A DNA stretch of 64,000 nt from an uncultured Actinomycetota bacterium (GTDB lineage Bacteria > Actinomycetota > Actinomycetes > Streptosporangiales > Streptosporangiaceae), in assembly GCA_963750405.1 (NCBI GenBank), contig CAVVQP010000002.1, positions 134,134-198,133 of the forward strand. Direction: 5' to 3'. The stretch's first letter is position 1. Each line of letters opens with the position of its first letter. Under the pieces are notes generated by a model that had not been told where the DNA came from, did no database searches, and saw only the letters and a list, made by a program, of their open reading frames with translations. The position numbers and the translations under genes were made by a program. Of this stretch, positions 8,936-17,432 are shown piece by piece.

Positions 8936-10161
8936 GCCTCAATGGAGCCGCTCCCGAAGGAGCGGAGCGACCCTCTAGCTCGAAATCCAGGCCGTCCGGC
9001 GCTTCCCAGCACTCGCCTCAATGGAGCCGCTCCCGAAGGAGCGGGGCGACGCAGACCATAACAATGGTACCCGGCCAGTTCGACGCGCCTCAATGGAGCC
9101 GCTCCCGAAGGAGCGGAGCGACCTGACCTGGGCTCCTAAAAATCCGGGTCAGGAAACGCGGCCTCAATGGAGCCGCTCCCGAAGGAGCGGAGCGACCAGT
9201 GGACTCTGACGCGGCCCGGTCAGGCGGGGTCGGGAAGCCTCAATGGAGCCGCTCCCGAAGGAGCGGAGCGACGGCCTGTCCTGTCACGACCTGTACGTCA
9301 AGAAGGTCGGGCCTCAATGGAGCCGCTCCCGAAGGAGCGGAGCGACGATCCGCAACCCCGTCGGCCCCTACTACGGGCAGCTGCGCAGGCCTCAATGGAG
9401 CCGCTCCCGAAGGAGCGGAGCGACGGTCTGGATCGGCGGCGACCCCGGCGCCCAGGCACGCGTGCCTCAATGGAGCCGCTCCCGAAGGAGCGGAGCGACG
9501 ACGCCCATGTCAGCCGCCCCGTCAGCCTGAACAGTCTGCCTCAATGGAGCCGCTCCCGAAGGAGCGGAGCGACACTCGCATCGAGTGGCCCGTTTTTCCG
9601 CGACCAGTACGCCTCAATGGAGCCGCTCCCGAAGGAGCGGAGCGACGGGTCAGGGCGCAGTGCTGCCCGTCGATGCCGACATCGCCTCAATGGAGCCGCT
9701 CCCGAAGGAGCGGAGCGACCTGTCAGTGGATGACGCGTCGAACGCTCAGCAGGCGATCCTGCCTCAATGGAGCCGCTCCCGAAGGAGCGGAGCGACGACC
9801 CGAAGAAAGGCACCAAAGATGATCCCGAATTCGTGCCTCAATGGAGCCGCTCCCGAAGGAGCGGAGCGACGCAAGGGCATCTTGCAGCGGCAGGACTCCC
9901 AAGGCCAGGCCTCAATGGAGCCGCTCCCGAAGGAGCGGAGCGACAAACCCTAGAGCGCTTCGGCGTGGTACAGCGGCTGCGGCCTCAATGGAGCCGCTCC
10001 CGAAGGAGCGGAGCGACACCCTAAACGTGACCCGAACAACGGCTGATAGTGTGCCTCAATGGAGCCCGCTCCCGAAGGAGCGGAGCGACCATTCACGATC
10101 GTCACGCCAGACGGTGCCACCGTCAGCCTCAATGGAGCCGCTCCCGAAGGAGCGGAGCGAC
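8936..10161 (-). CRISPR. CRISPR array, 17 repeats of 36 nt, 16 spacers of 35-43 nt
   Basis: The plus-strand repeat is GCCTCAATGGAGCCGCTCCCGAAGGAGCGGAGCGAC. Repeats start at 8936, 9015, 9087, 9161, 9237, 9311, 9389, 9464, 9538, 9611, 9684, 9761, 9835, 9909, 9982, 10053 and 10126; several starts are cross-checked against ORF-track ATGs. Repeat 2 has A>G and repeat 16 has a 1-nt insertion. All spacers are unique. The minus-strand reading GTCGCTCCGCTCCTTCGGGAGCGGCTCCATTGAGGC has a 7-bp stem plus TTCG loop and an ATTGAGGC 3' end. Orientation is inferred from that end and from cas2. Confidence 0.95.
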
Positions 10162-10349
10162 GGCTCGCAAAAAACGAGCCATCTGACCTGCGAAAACGCG
10201 GCCGTTTGCGAGCACCTCCCGAAAACCCTCACACGATCCACCCAATATGCAGTTCTCAAGATACAAAAACACCCTCTGACCTGCATGCGAGCGCTCCCCG
10301 GCATCTGACCCTCCACCTGAGCGCTCGCACGGCCGAGACGCTGGGAACA
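10162..10349 (-). promoter_or_regulatory. Probable CRISPR leader
   Basis: 188-nt non-coding, relatively A/T-richer stretch between cas2 (minus) and the first repeat. It contains TCTGACC(T/C) three times and a GGCTCG-N7-CGAGCC hairpin abutting the repeat. Confidence 0.5.
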
Positions 10350-10682
10350 TCAGACAATCACCGTGCTCGACACCGGCAGCTTCTCATGATGCCCCAGAAA
10401 CAGGAACCGGCCCGGATCTCCTGCCAGCCCCAGGTCGATAATCATGTCCTCAGACGGCCTGATCCTCACCTCAAGATCACCGCGCAGTAGAACCGCTTCC
10501 TCATCCGACAGGTCACAGATGAAGACCGAGTACTGAATCCGCTCGCCGCAACCCTCGACGCACGCCGCGACACTCCGCAACCGCCGATCCTCGCGAATGT
10601 CGTAAGCAACCAGATAACGCCGCCGCGCCCACGGCAAACCTACCTCGTCCCTCCGTGCTGGCGCGCAACTTCGAGTAGTCAA
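10350..10682 (-). CDS. cas2: CRISPR-associated endoribonuclease Cas2
   Basis: RRYLVAYDIREDRRLRSVAACVEGCGERIQYSVFICDLSDEEAVLLRGDLEVRIRPSEDMIIDLGL matches the Cas2 ferredoxin-fold pattern. The true start is probably the TTG at ~10637 (LPWARRRYLV), preceded by GGAGGG. Confidence 0.85.
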   Translation of the reverse strand: MTTRSCAPARRDEVGLPWARRRYLVAYDIREDRRLRSVAACVEGCGERIQYSVFICDLSDEEAVLLRGDLEVRIRPSEDMIIDLGLAGDPGRFLFLGHHEKLPVSSTVIV

Positions 10683-10919
10683 CTGCGGCTCGCAGGCAGG
10701 AGGGCTTGCCAGGCTGCCGTCCCGATCGCGATCTTGGTCGGCCGTCTTCGCCGGGGAGGTTGGTCCGTGGTTCTTAGGCTGCCGCCGGCCTTCCGCTGGC
10801 GGTGCGCGAGCGTGTTCCTCGTGGCTGGCGGGGCGCTGCTTGCCTAGGTCGGCTCCACTGTCAACGGCATCCTCTCGACGTCGGTCCAGCAGCAGCCTGA
10901 CCGTCAGCGCGAACGTTGG

Positions 10920-11534
10920 CTAGGACTTGGTGGCGACGCCTTCGAAGGTGTAGCCGACGACGCGGGAGCCTTTGAGGTAATAAGTGTCGAGGCGGGTGAG
11001 CTCAAGCCCGGAGGCGCCAATGATCTGGTCGATCGGCCGGTCCAGATGACAGCCGCCAAAGAGCATGCGCTGGAACGGGGTCAGCCTGTGCTGAAGGCGC
11101 GCGACCTTGGCATCCGGCGCCAGGCCATGCTCGGCGAAACGCAACGATCCGCCTGGCCGCAGCACGCGCCGGATCTCCGCGAGCACCCGGGCCGGATCGG
11201 GCACCGTGCACATCGTCCAGGTGCTGAGGACGTGGTCGACGCTGTCGTCCTGCGCCGGGAGCGACCCGGCGTCGAGCCCCGCGAAGTCGATCGGCACCGG
11301 ACACGCGGCGATCCGCCTCGCCGCGATCTTCCGCCCGGCGACGGCCGGGTCGACCACCCTGATCCGGGTCACCGAGGACGGGTAGTGCGGGAGGTTCAGC
11401 CCGGACCCGAAACCGATCTCCAGTACCTCGCCGCCGAGCCCGGCGGCCACCCGCGCCCGCGCCGGCTTGAACTCTGAGCCGCGCATCGCGAAGTCCACTA
11501 GCCGGGGGAGTACTCGGTCTGCGTACCAGCTCAT
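10920..11534 (-). CDS. Class I SAM-dependent methyltransferase
   Basis: MSWYADRVLPRLVDF...VLEIGFGSGLNLPHY (motif I)...LRPGGSLRFAEHG. The start is taken at the internal ATG (11532-11534) of ORF 10920-11735. Confidence 0.85.
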   Translation of the reverse strand: MSWYADRVLPRLVDFAMRGSEFKPARARVAAGLGGEVLEIGFGSGLNLPHYPSSVTRIRVVDPAVAGRKIAARRIAACPVPIDFAGLDAGSLPAQDDSVDHVLSTWTMCTVPDPARVLAEIRRVLRPGGSLRFAEHGLAPDAKVARLQHRLTPFQRMLFGGCHLDRPIDQIIGASGLELTRLDTYYLKGSRVVGYTFEGVATKS

Positions 11535-11867
11535 GCAGGTCAGTCTGGCATGTGGACCCGACCGGCCTGCCCGCCGCGTAGTCCGCAAGAGTGATGCCGG
11601 CCGGGCAGGTTCGCCTGGTCGAATGACGACTCGCTGGCCCTGATCCCTTAGCGTGTTCGGCAATTGCGGGACCGCGCGGGCGGAGAGGATGATGGCCGGT
11701 GGCAGGAAGGCGCCCTGAAATGCGGGTAGGGACATCGATGGCGCGGGAGAACCATCTTTGGGACATTGACGGGCTTGCCGTGGGCGGCAGGACCTGGTGC
11801 CGTGGCTCGGCCCTGGTCGTTCGTGCCCTGGATCACACTCGGGCCGCCCAGATCCTTAACCTGCGAG

Positions 11868-12135
11868 CTATGGGGTGTGCGAGCCGGTGGCGGTGCCTTC
11901 GAAGGTGCAGCCGACGAAGCGGGGGCCCGACAGGTTCAGCCGGCGCTGCGTTCTGGCGACCTTGGCGTAGGGGGACAGCCCATGCTCCGCGAAATGCAGC
12001 GATCCGCCAAGGCGCAGCACCCGCCGGATTTCGGCTAGCGCCGCGCTGGGGTCAGGCACCGTGCACAGAGTCCAGGTGCTGAGCACGTGGTCGACGCTGG
12101 CGTCCCCGGCCGGCAGCGAGCCGGCGTCTAGGCCG
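11868..12135 (-). pseudogene. Truncated paralog of the 10920-11534 methyltransferase
   Basis: VDHVLSTWTLCTVPDPSAALAEIRRVLRLGGSLHFAEHGLSPYAKVARTQRRL then jumps to ...FVGCTFEGTATGS. This is collinear with the intact copy, but the N-terminal half and an internal ~50 aa are missing. Confidence 0.7.
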
Positions 12136-12567
12136 GCGACTCAAGAATGCTTGCGGGCGGTCAGGTGGCTTCTTCCTTGATTGCGTCAAGCGGTTCCGTT
12201 GCCCGGCGCGGCGTGCCTGGGGCGGCGATAGCAGCGCGGTCCTTCCTGCTGCTGTCGCGGGTGGTCCGGGGTGAGCAGCGTGGCCCTCCCCGCTGCTGTT
12301 GCGAGGCGGGACAGGCGGGCTGGCCTCGCCTGGTCAGCGGGTCTCGGGCGCATGGAGCGCGATTTGCTCTAAAGGCCTTGGCGCAGGCAGTAAAAGCGGC
12401 AAGGTTACTGGCCATTCCCCTGTTGACCAGCGAATCAGGCTACCGTACAAGCACCCAGATTCGTGCACCGTATCGGCTGACGCCCAGCTTGCCAGATCGG
12501 GTCACGTTCATGTGTGGCTCACTGCCTATGAGCGTAAGCGATAAACCGCCCGCGGGAAGTGCGGATG

Positions 12568-14136
12568 TCAGGATGGGAGTTCGCCGAGCAGATCGGTCAT
12601 GGACTGGCGGGTTCGCTCGTTCGGCTCGTTGAGCGCGGCGGCGCGCAGGGTTTCGGCGGCCCGCGGTGGCCACTGCGAGAGCGGCCAGCCCCGCAATACC
12701 TTGACCGCCGCGTTGCGCACGCGGATGAATGGGCTGCTCAGCCCGGCCCTGATTAGGTCCCAGCCTTTGCCGGGGAATCGGTCCAGGTCCTGGAGCACGA
12801 ATGACAATGCCTCATCGGCGGCGTATTTCGGGCCCATGAACAGCAGTTCCGCCGGTCCGGTCAGAAGAAGCCGGGGGACAACCTCCGCCATCGCGAACTC
12901 GATGATCTGATCGATCCGCTGATCGTTCGCCGACTTCATGGCCGCGTGCCAGTTCGCGCTGACCGGGTCAGCCTGCACGCGCCGCCAGTGCGCGTCGAAC
13001 GCGTCGATGCCGAGCACGCGCGCCGCCCGGGACGCGTCCCAGAACGTCCTGTTGTCGTCGGACTGGAGGCCGTCGGCCGCCAGGGTACGCCAGCGCGGAC
13101 GGGACGTGAGCTCTTCGCAGCGCGTCAGCGTGCCAGAGCGCTCCTGCTCCGTCCAGTTCCGGTCGTCCCAGCCGTCGTCGCGGCGCAGGAACCCGGCGAT
13201 CTCATCGACGACCAGGAACTGGGCGAGGCTCTCGGCCCGCGCGGAGCTGATGGTCACGTAACGGTCGAGCAGCGCTGGCGCGTCGTCGTAGTCCTCGATG
13301 TCCTGCGCCGGGCCGCCCATGATCAGCGCGCTGATGATGTCGCCGGCCGCGTCGAGCAGTTCGGCGTCCGGGTCACCAGCGGCTAGCCGCTCGCAGAGGC
13401 GCCCGGTCGTGGCGGCGATCCAGGCCAGGTACTCGTACATGACCGTGTTGCGGAAGCCGTGGCGGACGATCCAGTCGCGGATCTCGTCGTCACCGGTGGC
13501 GGCCAGCCGTTCCACCACGTGTATCCGGCCCCAGCCATCGACGCCGCGGGCCAGCGCCCAGAGCACCCGGTCAGGCTCGGATTCGCAGTTGCAGATCGCG
13601 ACCGCGCAGTACAGCGTGAACTCCTCGTGCCGCCCCAGGGTCAGCAGCAGGTCGCGGTCGGCCGGGCCGCCGGCAATGCCGATCAGCGCGATGCCGGCCT
13701 TGACCGGCTCAGCGTGGCGGCCAGTCCCGGCCAGCCGCCGGCCGATCTCTGCGACACCGGACATCGGCAGCGCGGACTTCGCGATGGCGGGGAGCAGTTC
13801 GTCGATCATCGGCAAGGTGACGCTCGAGCGGAGGCGCTCATAGAGCGTGCCGACCTCGATCGGGCCGAAACCGCCCGCGATGCAGCGGCCCATGAGCGTG
13901 ATCAGTTCGGCGACCGCGACTTCAGGCTCGCCAGGCCCGGCGTGATGGCCGAATACGCCATCGCGGGCGCCGGCGACCCAGCGAATCGTGTCATCGTCGG
14001 CCTGGCCCTCGCCCGGCAAGTCCTCTCCGCCCGGCAGCAGCCCGCAGCCCGAAGGGTCGAGCTGGGCGCGCACATGCTCGAGGATCGTGAGCCGATTAGC
14101 CGAATTGGCGTTCGCCCATTCGGGGACAGATTCCAT
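12568..14136 (-). CDS. Hypothetical protein, 522 aa, no family recognised
   Basis: Long intact ORF with normal actinobacterial composition. No signal peptide, TM segments or catalytic motifs that I can name; possibly helical-repeat. Confidence 0.6.
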   Translation of the reverse strand: MESVPEWANANSANRLTILEHVRAQLDPSGCGLLPGGEDLPGEGQADDDTIRWVAGARDGVFGHHAGPGEPEVAVAELITLMGRCIAGGFGPIEVGTLYERLRSSVTLPMIDELLPAIAKSALPMSGVAEIGRRLAGTGRHAEPVKAGIALIGIAGGPADRDLLLTLGRHEEFTLYCAVAICNCESEPDRVLWALARGVDGWGRIHVVERLAATGDDEIRDWIVRHGFRNTVMYEYLAWIAATTGRLCERLAAGDPDAELLDAAGDIISALIMGGPAQDIEDYDDAPALLDRYVTISSARAESLAQFLVVDEIAGFLRRDDGWDDRNWTEQERSGTLTRCEELTSRPRWRTLAADGLQSDDNRTFWDASRAARVLGIDAFDAHWRRVQADPVSANWHAAMKSANDQRIDQIIEFAMAEVVPRLLLTGPAELLFMGPKYAADEALSFVLQDLDRFPGKGWDLIRAGLSSPFIRVRNAAVKVLRGWPLSQWPPRAAETLRAAALNEPNERTRQSMTDLLGELPS

Positions 14137-14160
14137 CTTGTCAGTATCGCGTGCCTAGTA

Positions 14161-15031
14161 CTACAGCCGTAGATCGTGATCTTCAAAGAAGCATGGATTG
14201 CCGCTGGTAGTGGACGCCCGGGCGCGGTGCTGCAGGTGGTGTCGTCGCCAGCGAACCAGCGCATCTGGTGCCGGGCATCGTGCGCTGGGCTGGTAAGGCT
14301 GGCGAGCAGGTGGGCGATCTCGTTGCGGGTCAGCGGGGCCTGGCCGGCGGGGGCCGGGCTGCGGGCGTGCTCGGCGGCGGCGGCGATGGTGAGGAAGGCG
14401 CTGGCGAGCATGGCGAGGGTGACCCACCGGTACCAGGAGGTCCAGCGCCGGACCTGGTGCTCGTCCAGGCCAGCCAGGCCTTTGTCGGCCTGGAAGTTCT
14501 CTTCGACGGTCCACCGGCGTCCGGCAGCCTTCACCAGGGCGGCAAGCGGAACCGGGCGCGGGCGTAGCAGCGGTAGGAGGCCAGCTCCCGGTGCGCGGGG
14601 TGCGGCGGATCAGCAGCCACCGGCACCCGGGCCGGGAGCCGGGATGCTGAGCCAGGCCAGTAGTGGTAGCGGTAGCCCTTGGCGCCCGCACCAGCGGTCA
14701 GGCGCTGCCAGGATCGCGGGGGGAGGCAGGCGGCGAGCTTATCCGCGCGGATCGTTTCCGGCTCCGGCGGGCACCCGGTGGTCGCACGACACGGCCAGCA
14801 CGTGACAGATCTGGGTGTCCTCCAGCCAGGCGCGCAGCGGCCCGTTATTCCCGTAGGCCTCATCAGCGGCGACCCAGCCGAACGGCACCCCGGCCGCGAT
14901 GGCCCGCTCGATCATCCGCTGGGCTAGCTGGGGCTTAGTCGCGAATCCGGCGTCAGCGGGGATCCCGGCGGCCCGGCAGCGAGCCGGGTCACCGGTCCAG
15001 GACCGGGGGATCGGGTCGGCCGCGCGGCGAG
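14161..15031 (-). mobile_element. IS701-family transposase remnant (C-terminal ~2/3), spread over at least 3 frames, 5' part replaced by intron insertion/deletion
   Basis: The pieces are IPRSWTGDPARCRAAGIPADAGFATKPQLAQRMIERAIAAGVPFGWVAADEAYGNNGPLRAWLED, then GAKGYRYHYW, then KAAGRRWTVEENFQADKGLAGLDEHQVRRWTSWYRWVTLAMLASAFL, then RWRRHHLQHRARAS. They lie in ORFs 14739-15206, 14531-14863, 13902-14534 and 14161-14691. No terminal inverted repeats were identified. Confidence 0.7.
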
Positions 15032-16242
15032 GTGCCCGCTGGCGGGTCCTTTTCCGCGCGGCCTCCCGCCGAACCGGACGTGCCCGTTTCCGGGCACCCG
15101 GCTCTTCAGTGACTACTGCGCTGTGACTAGGTTGCGGGCGGTGGCATGGCAGTGTCCGCAGAGGACGAGCGTCTTGCGGCGTCGCCGCTGCATCTCCTCC
15201 GCCCACCGGGGCTGTCCGGGCCTGCCGAGGTCGGCGAGCCTGCGGATGTGGTGGACCTCAACGTCGGTCGTGCTTCCGCAGAGCTCGCACGTGCCGGCCA
15301 GGAAGCGCTGGATGAGTTCCCTGCCGTGTGCCACGGTGCGGCCTGGGTCAGTGACGCGGTCGTCGAGGACCGCGTTCTTCTTGCGGTGCAACGGGATTCC
15401 GCCGAACCGTGCGACCAGTGGTTTCCTGCCATCGCGTTCGACCTTGGCCTCGAAGCAGACGCGCCGCCCGTGCGGGTGTCGATGGCCGTCTTGTGCTTGC
15501 GGGCCATTTTCGCCGCTGTCGAGTGGTGCTTGCCTGCCAGGGTCTTGAGCATGGCGGTCTCCGCTACCCAGCGCAGCCTGGCGAGCCTGCAGGCATCCCA
15601 GGCCAGCAGGTAGTACTGGACGATGCCCCGGTATTCCGCGCCGAAGGCCGCGACTATGGCGTAGTCGTCGGCGTTGAGCAGCGCGGAGCGGCACGCGGGT
15701 TCGCCGCGTTTGAGGTGGGGCGCGCACTTGTCCTTGATCACCGTTCGCGGCACCCGCAGGCTGACGGTGCCGGTGCCGGTGCGGCGGCCGTTCCTGACCC
15801 GGCTGCCGTCGCGGATGGTGATCTCGTAGCCGAGGAACCGGGCCGCGCCGGTGCGGCCGCGGGTGATCAGGGTCTTGTCCCGCGACAGGTCCAGGCGGAG
15901 TTCACCGGCAAGGAACTGGCCCAGGCGGGCCTTGATCTCCTCAGCTTCGGCTCGGGGTCCGGTGAACCCGGGCAGGTGGTCGCCGGCGTAGCGCAGGTAG
16001 CGCAGCCTGCGGTAGCCAGGATCGTCTGGATCCTGGCTGGGCAGGGTGCGCAGGGTCCGGCTCAGCGCCCGGGCCTGTGCCCGGTCACCGAGCCTGCGCG
16101 CTTTGCTGACCTGGCTGGCCAGCTTCCGGTATGCCGGGTTATCCGCCCGGCGCTGGCCCCGCGTGTACTGCGGGATCAGCTCTGTCTCGACAAAACGGTC
16201 CAGCCGGTCCAGGTAAATACTGGACAGGATCGGGGATGCCAC
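15032..16242 (-). mobile_element. Group II intron, 5'-truncated (3' half of RT, maturase X, HNH En domain, ribozyme domains V-VI)
   Basis: ORF 15127-16242 starts inside the RT (SPILSSIYLDRLDRFVE). After a break near 15480, ORF 15113-15727 carries the HNH domain (CELCGSTTDVEVHHIRRL...LCGHCH). Domain V follows the stop. Downstream exon sequence resumes the IS701 transposase frame. The 3' boundary is approximate. Confidence 0.8.
15071..15104 (-). ncRNA. Group II intron domain V
   Basis: The minus strand reads GAGCCGGGTGCCCGGAAACGGGCACGTCCGGTTC. It is 34 nt with an AGC triad, a GAAA tetraloop and a 2-nt bulge (GT) on the 3' strand, which is the canonical DV architecture. Confidence 0.8.
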
Positions 16243-16374
16243 GCCGCCTTATGAACAGTGCGGGGTTATGCGCAGCGCTGGCCTGCTGGCCCTGGTGACA
16301 GCGATGCTGGCGTTCGAGCACTGCGCATAACGCGGAGGATCTGATCAGGCGGTCCGGCATGGTGCCGGGCACGC

Positions 16375-16760
16375 GTGATCGGAGTCGGCGTGATGGCGGC
16401 TATTTCTGCGCTGGTGTCGGGCCTGGATGCGGAGTTACTGTGTCTGGGCTACAAGGACTCGGCGATGGCCTGGTACCGGCGCTGCTGGCGCCGCATGCAG
16501 GAGCGCCAAGCTCAAGAAGCTCACAGCCATCGATCTCGAACGATTCTTCAACGATCTGGCCAAGGTGCTCAGCAAGCGATCGTTGGTCATGATTAAGAGC
16601 ACCTTGCGGTGATCCATTAGGCGAGCGCAAAAGCACGATTTGATCGGGCGGAACGTCGCCCAGTTCGTGGACCTGCGAGACGCGCAGCCTGGCCGACCTT
16701 CGCGAGCCGTGACCCAAGATCAAGCTGCCTTGGTGCTCAAGGCAGCCGCAGGCGATCACA
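16375..16760 (+). pseudogene. Tyrosine recombinase N-terminal (core-binding) fragment with frame break/stop, catalytic domain absent
   Basis: LTAIDLERFFNDLAKVLSKRSLVMIKSTLR (ORF 16427-16612) then DLIGRNVAQFVDLRDAQPGRPSRAVTQDQAALVLKAAAGDH (ORF 16640-16954). This is the typical integrase SAM-like domain pattern. No RHRY catalytic region follows. Confidence 0.55.
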
Positions 16761-17162
16761 GCGCCTATTCAGTCGTTGTAAGGATCGGCAAGTCCACTAA
16801 TGCTGCAACTCATGCGGCGACAGACCTAGGAGAAATCGCCTGTGGCAACAAGGTGCGCAGCGCGAGGAGAACCGATCAAAGTCAGCACCGATCTGGCGGA
16901 CGCTTCCTGCATTGCCTGCCGAAGCCATCTCGGCATCGGCCAAGACGACGCTGACACCAAAACGACTAGCGGCGATCTTTGTCCTAGCAAGAGACTGCGG
17001 ACAGGGATCACGGAAGATCACGCCGCTCAGGGAGGCTGTCGGTCGGCTCGGGTTCTTCGAAGGTCAGGCGCCGGCGGGTCAGCGACCTTGCGCCATGTGC
17101 ACTGGATCGGACGGCTTTATCGGGCTCATCCCTAGAAGACGCGCCGCACCGGGAGTTAACTG

Positions 17163-17432
17163 ATGGGTAATAACGAGGAGCTATTTGGGTATTCCCCTGC
17201 AGAAGATGCGTTCCCCCGGCAGCGAGAGGACATGATGATGATCGCTCAGGCACATTGGCGGTCACGCGGGGCAGACTTAGGCGACCTTAGCCTAGGTGCC
17301 GGGTATGATGGCGACGACGAGAGCGGCGCCGCACAGAACATCACCCCAGTTTCTTGTCGCCTTGGCGGAGCTATAGACGGATCGTCGCGCAAATATGACC
17401 TCATATCGCTTACTGTCTGGCTCCTGCCGTGA
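17163..17432 (+). CDS. Small acidic hypothetical protein (89 aa), possible first gene of the low-GC operon
   Basis: Its stop overlaps the GTG start of the Tmk-like gene (GTGA at 17429-17432). I see no homology, and coding status is uncertain. Confidence 0.3.
   Translation: MGNNEELFGYSPAEDAFPRQREDMMMIAQAHWRSRGADLGDLSLGAGYDGDDESGAAQNITPVSCRLGGAIDGSSRKYDLISLTVWLLP

Noticed and set aside
8972-10125. Self-targeting CRISPR spacers against the eCIS, introns or IS elements in this window.
   Set aside because: Reading the 16 spacers against the window by eye, I found no match. This is not a rigorous search and says nothing about the rest of the genome.
9021-10490. Many ORF-track entries start MEPLPKERSD... 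or contain LNGAAPEGAER / SLRSFGSGSIEA across 9.0-10.5 kb.
   Set aside because: They are translations of the CRISPR repeat itself, which contains an ATG and is palindromic, read in several frames on both strands. The periodic identical peptides separated by unrelated spacer-coded residues show they are not genes.
10683-10919. Possible cas1 3' remnant upstream of cas2. The cas2 frame stays open back to the methyltransferase stop codon.
   Set aside because: The translation (…LLLDRRREDAVDSGADLGKQRPASHEEHARAPPAEGRRQPKNHGPTSPAKTADQDRDRDG…) is low-complexity and shows nothing Cas1-like. No start codon is present. High-G+C DNA often has long open frames by chance.
16800-17135. Cys-containing frames (…EIACGNKV… and …ADASCIACRSHLG…) between the integrase fragment and the low-G+C operon, considered as a small zinc-ribbon protein.
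   Set aside because: The Cys pairs lie in different frames, no continuous ORF links them, and no start or RBS is evident.
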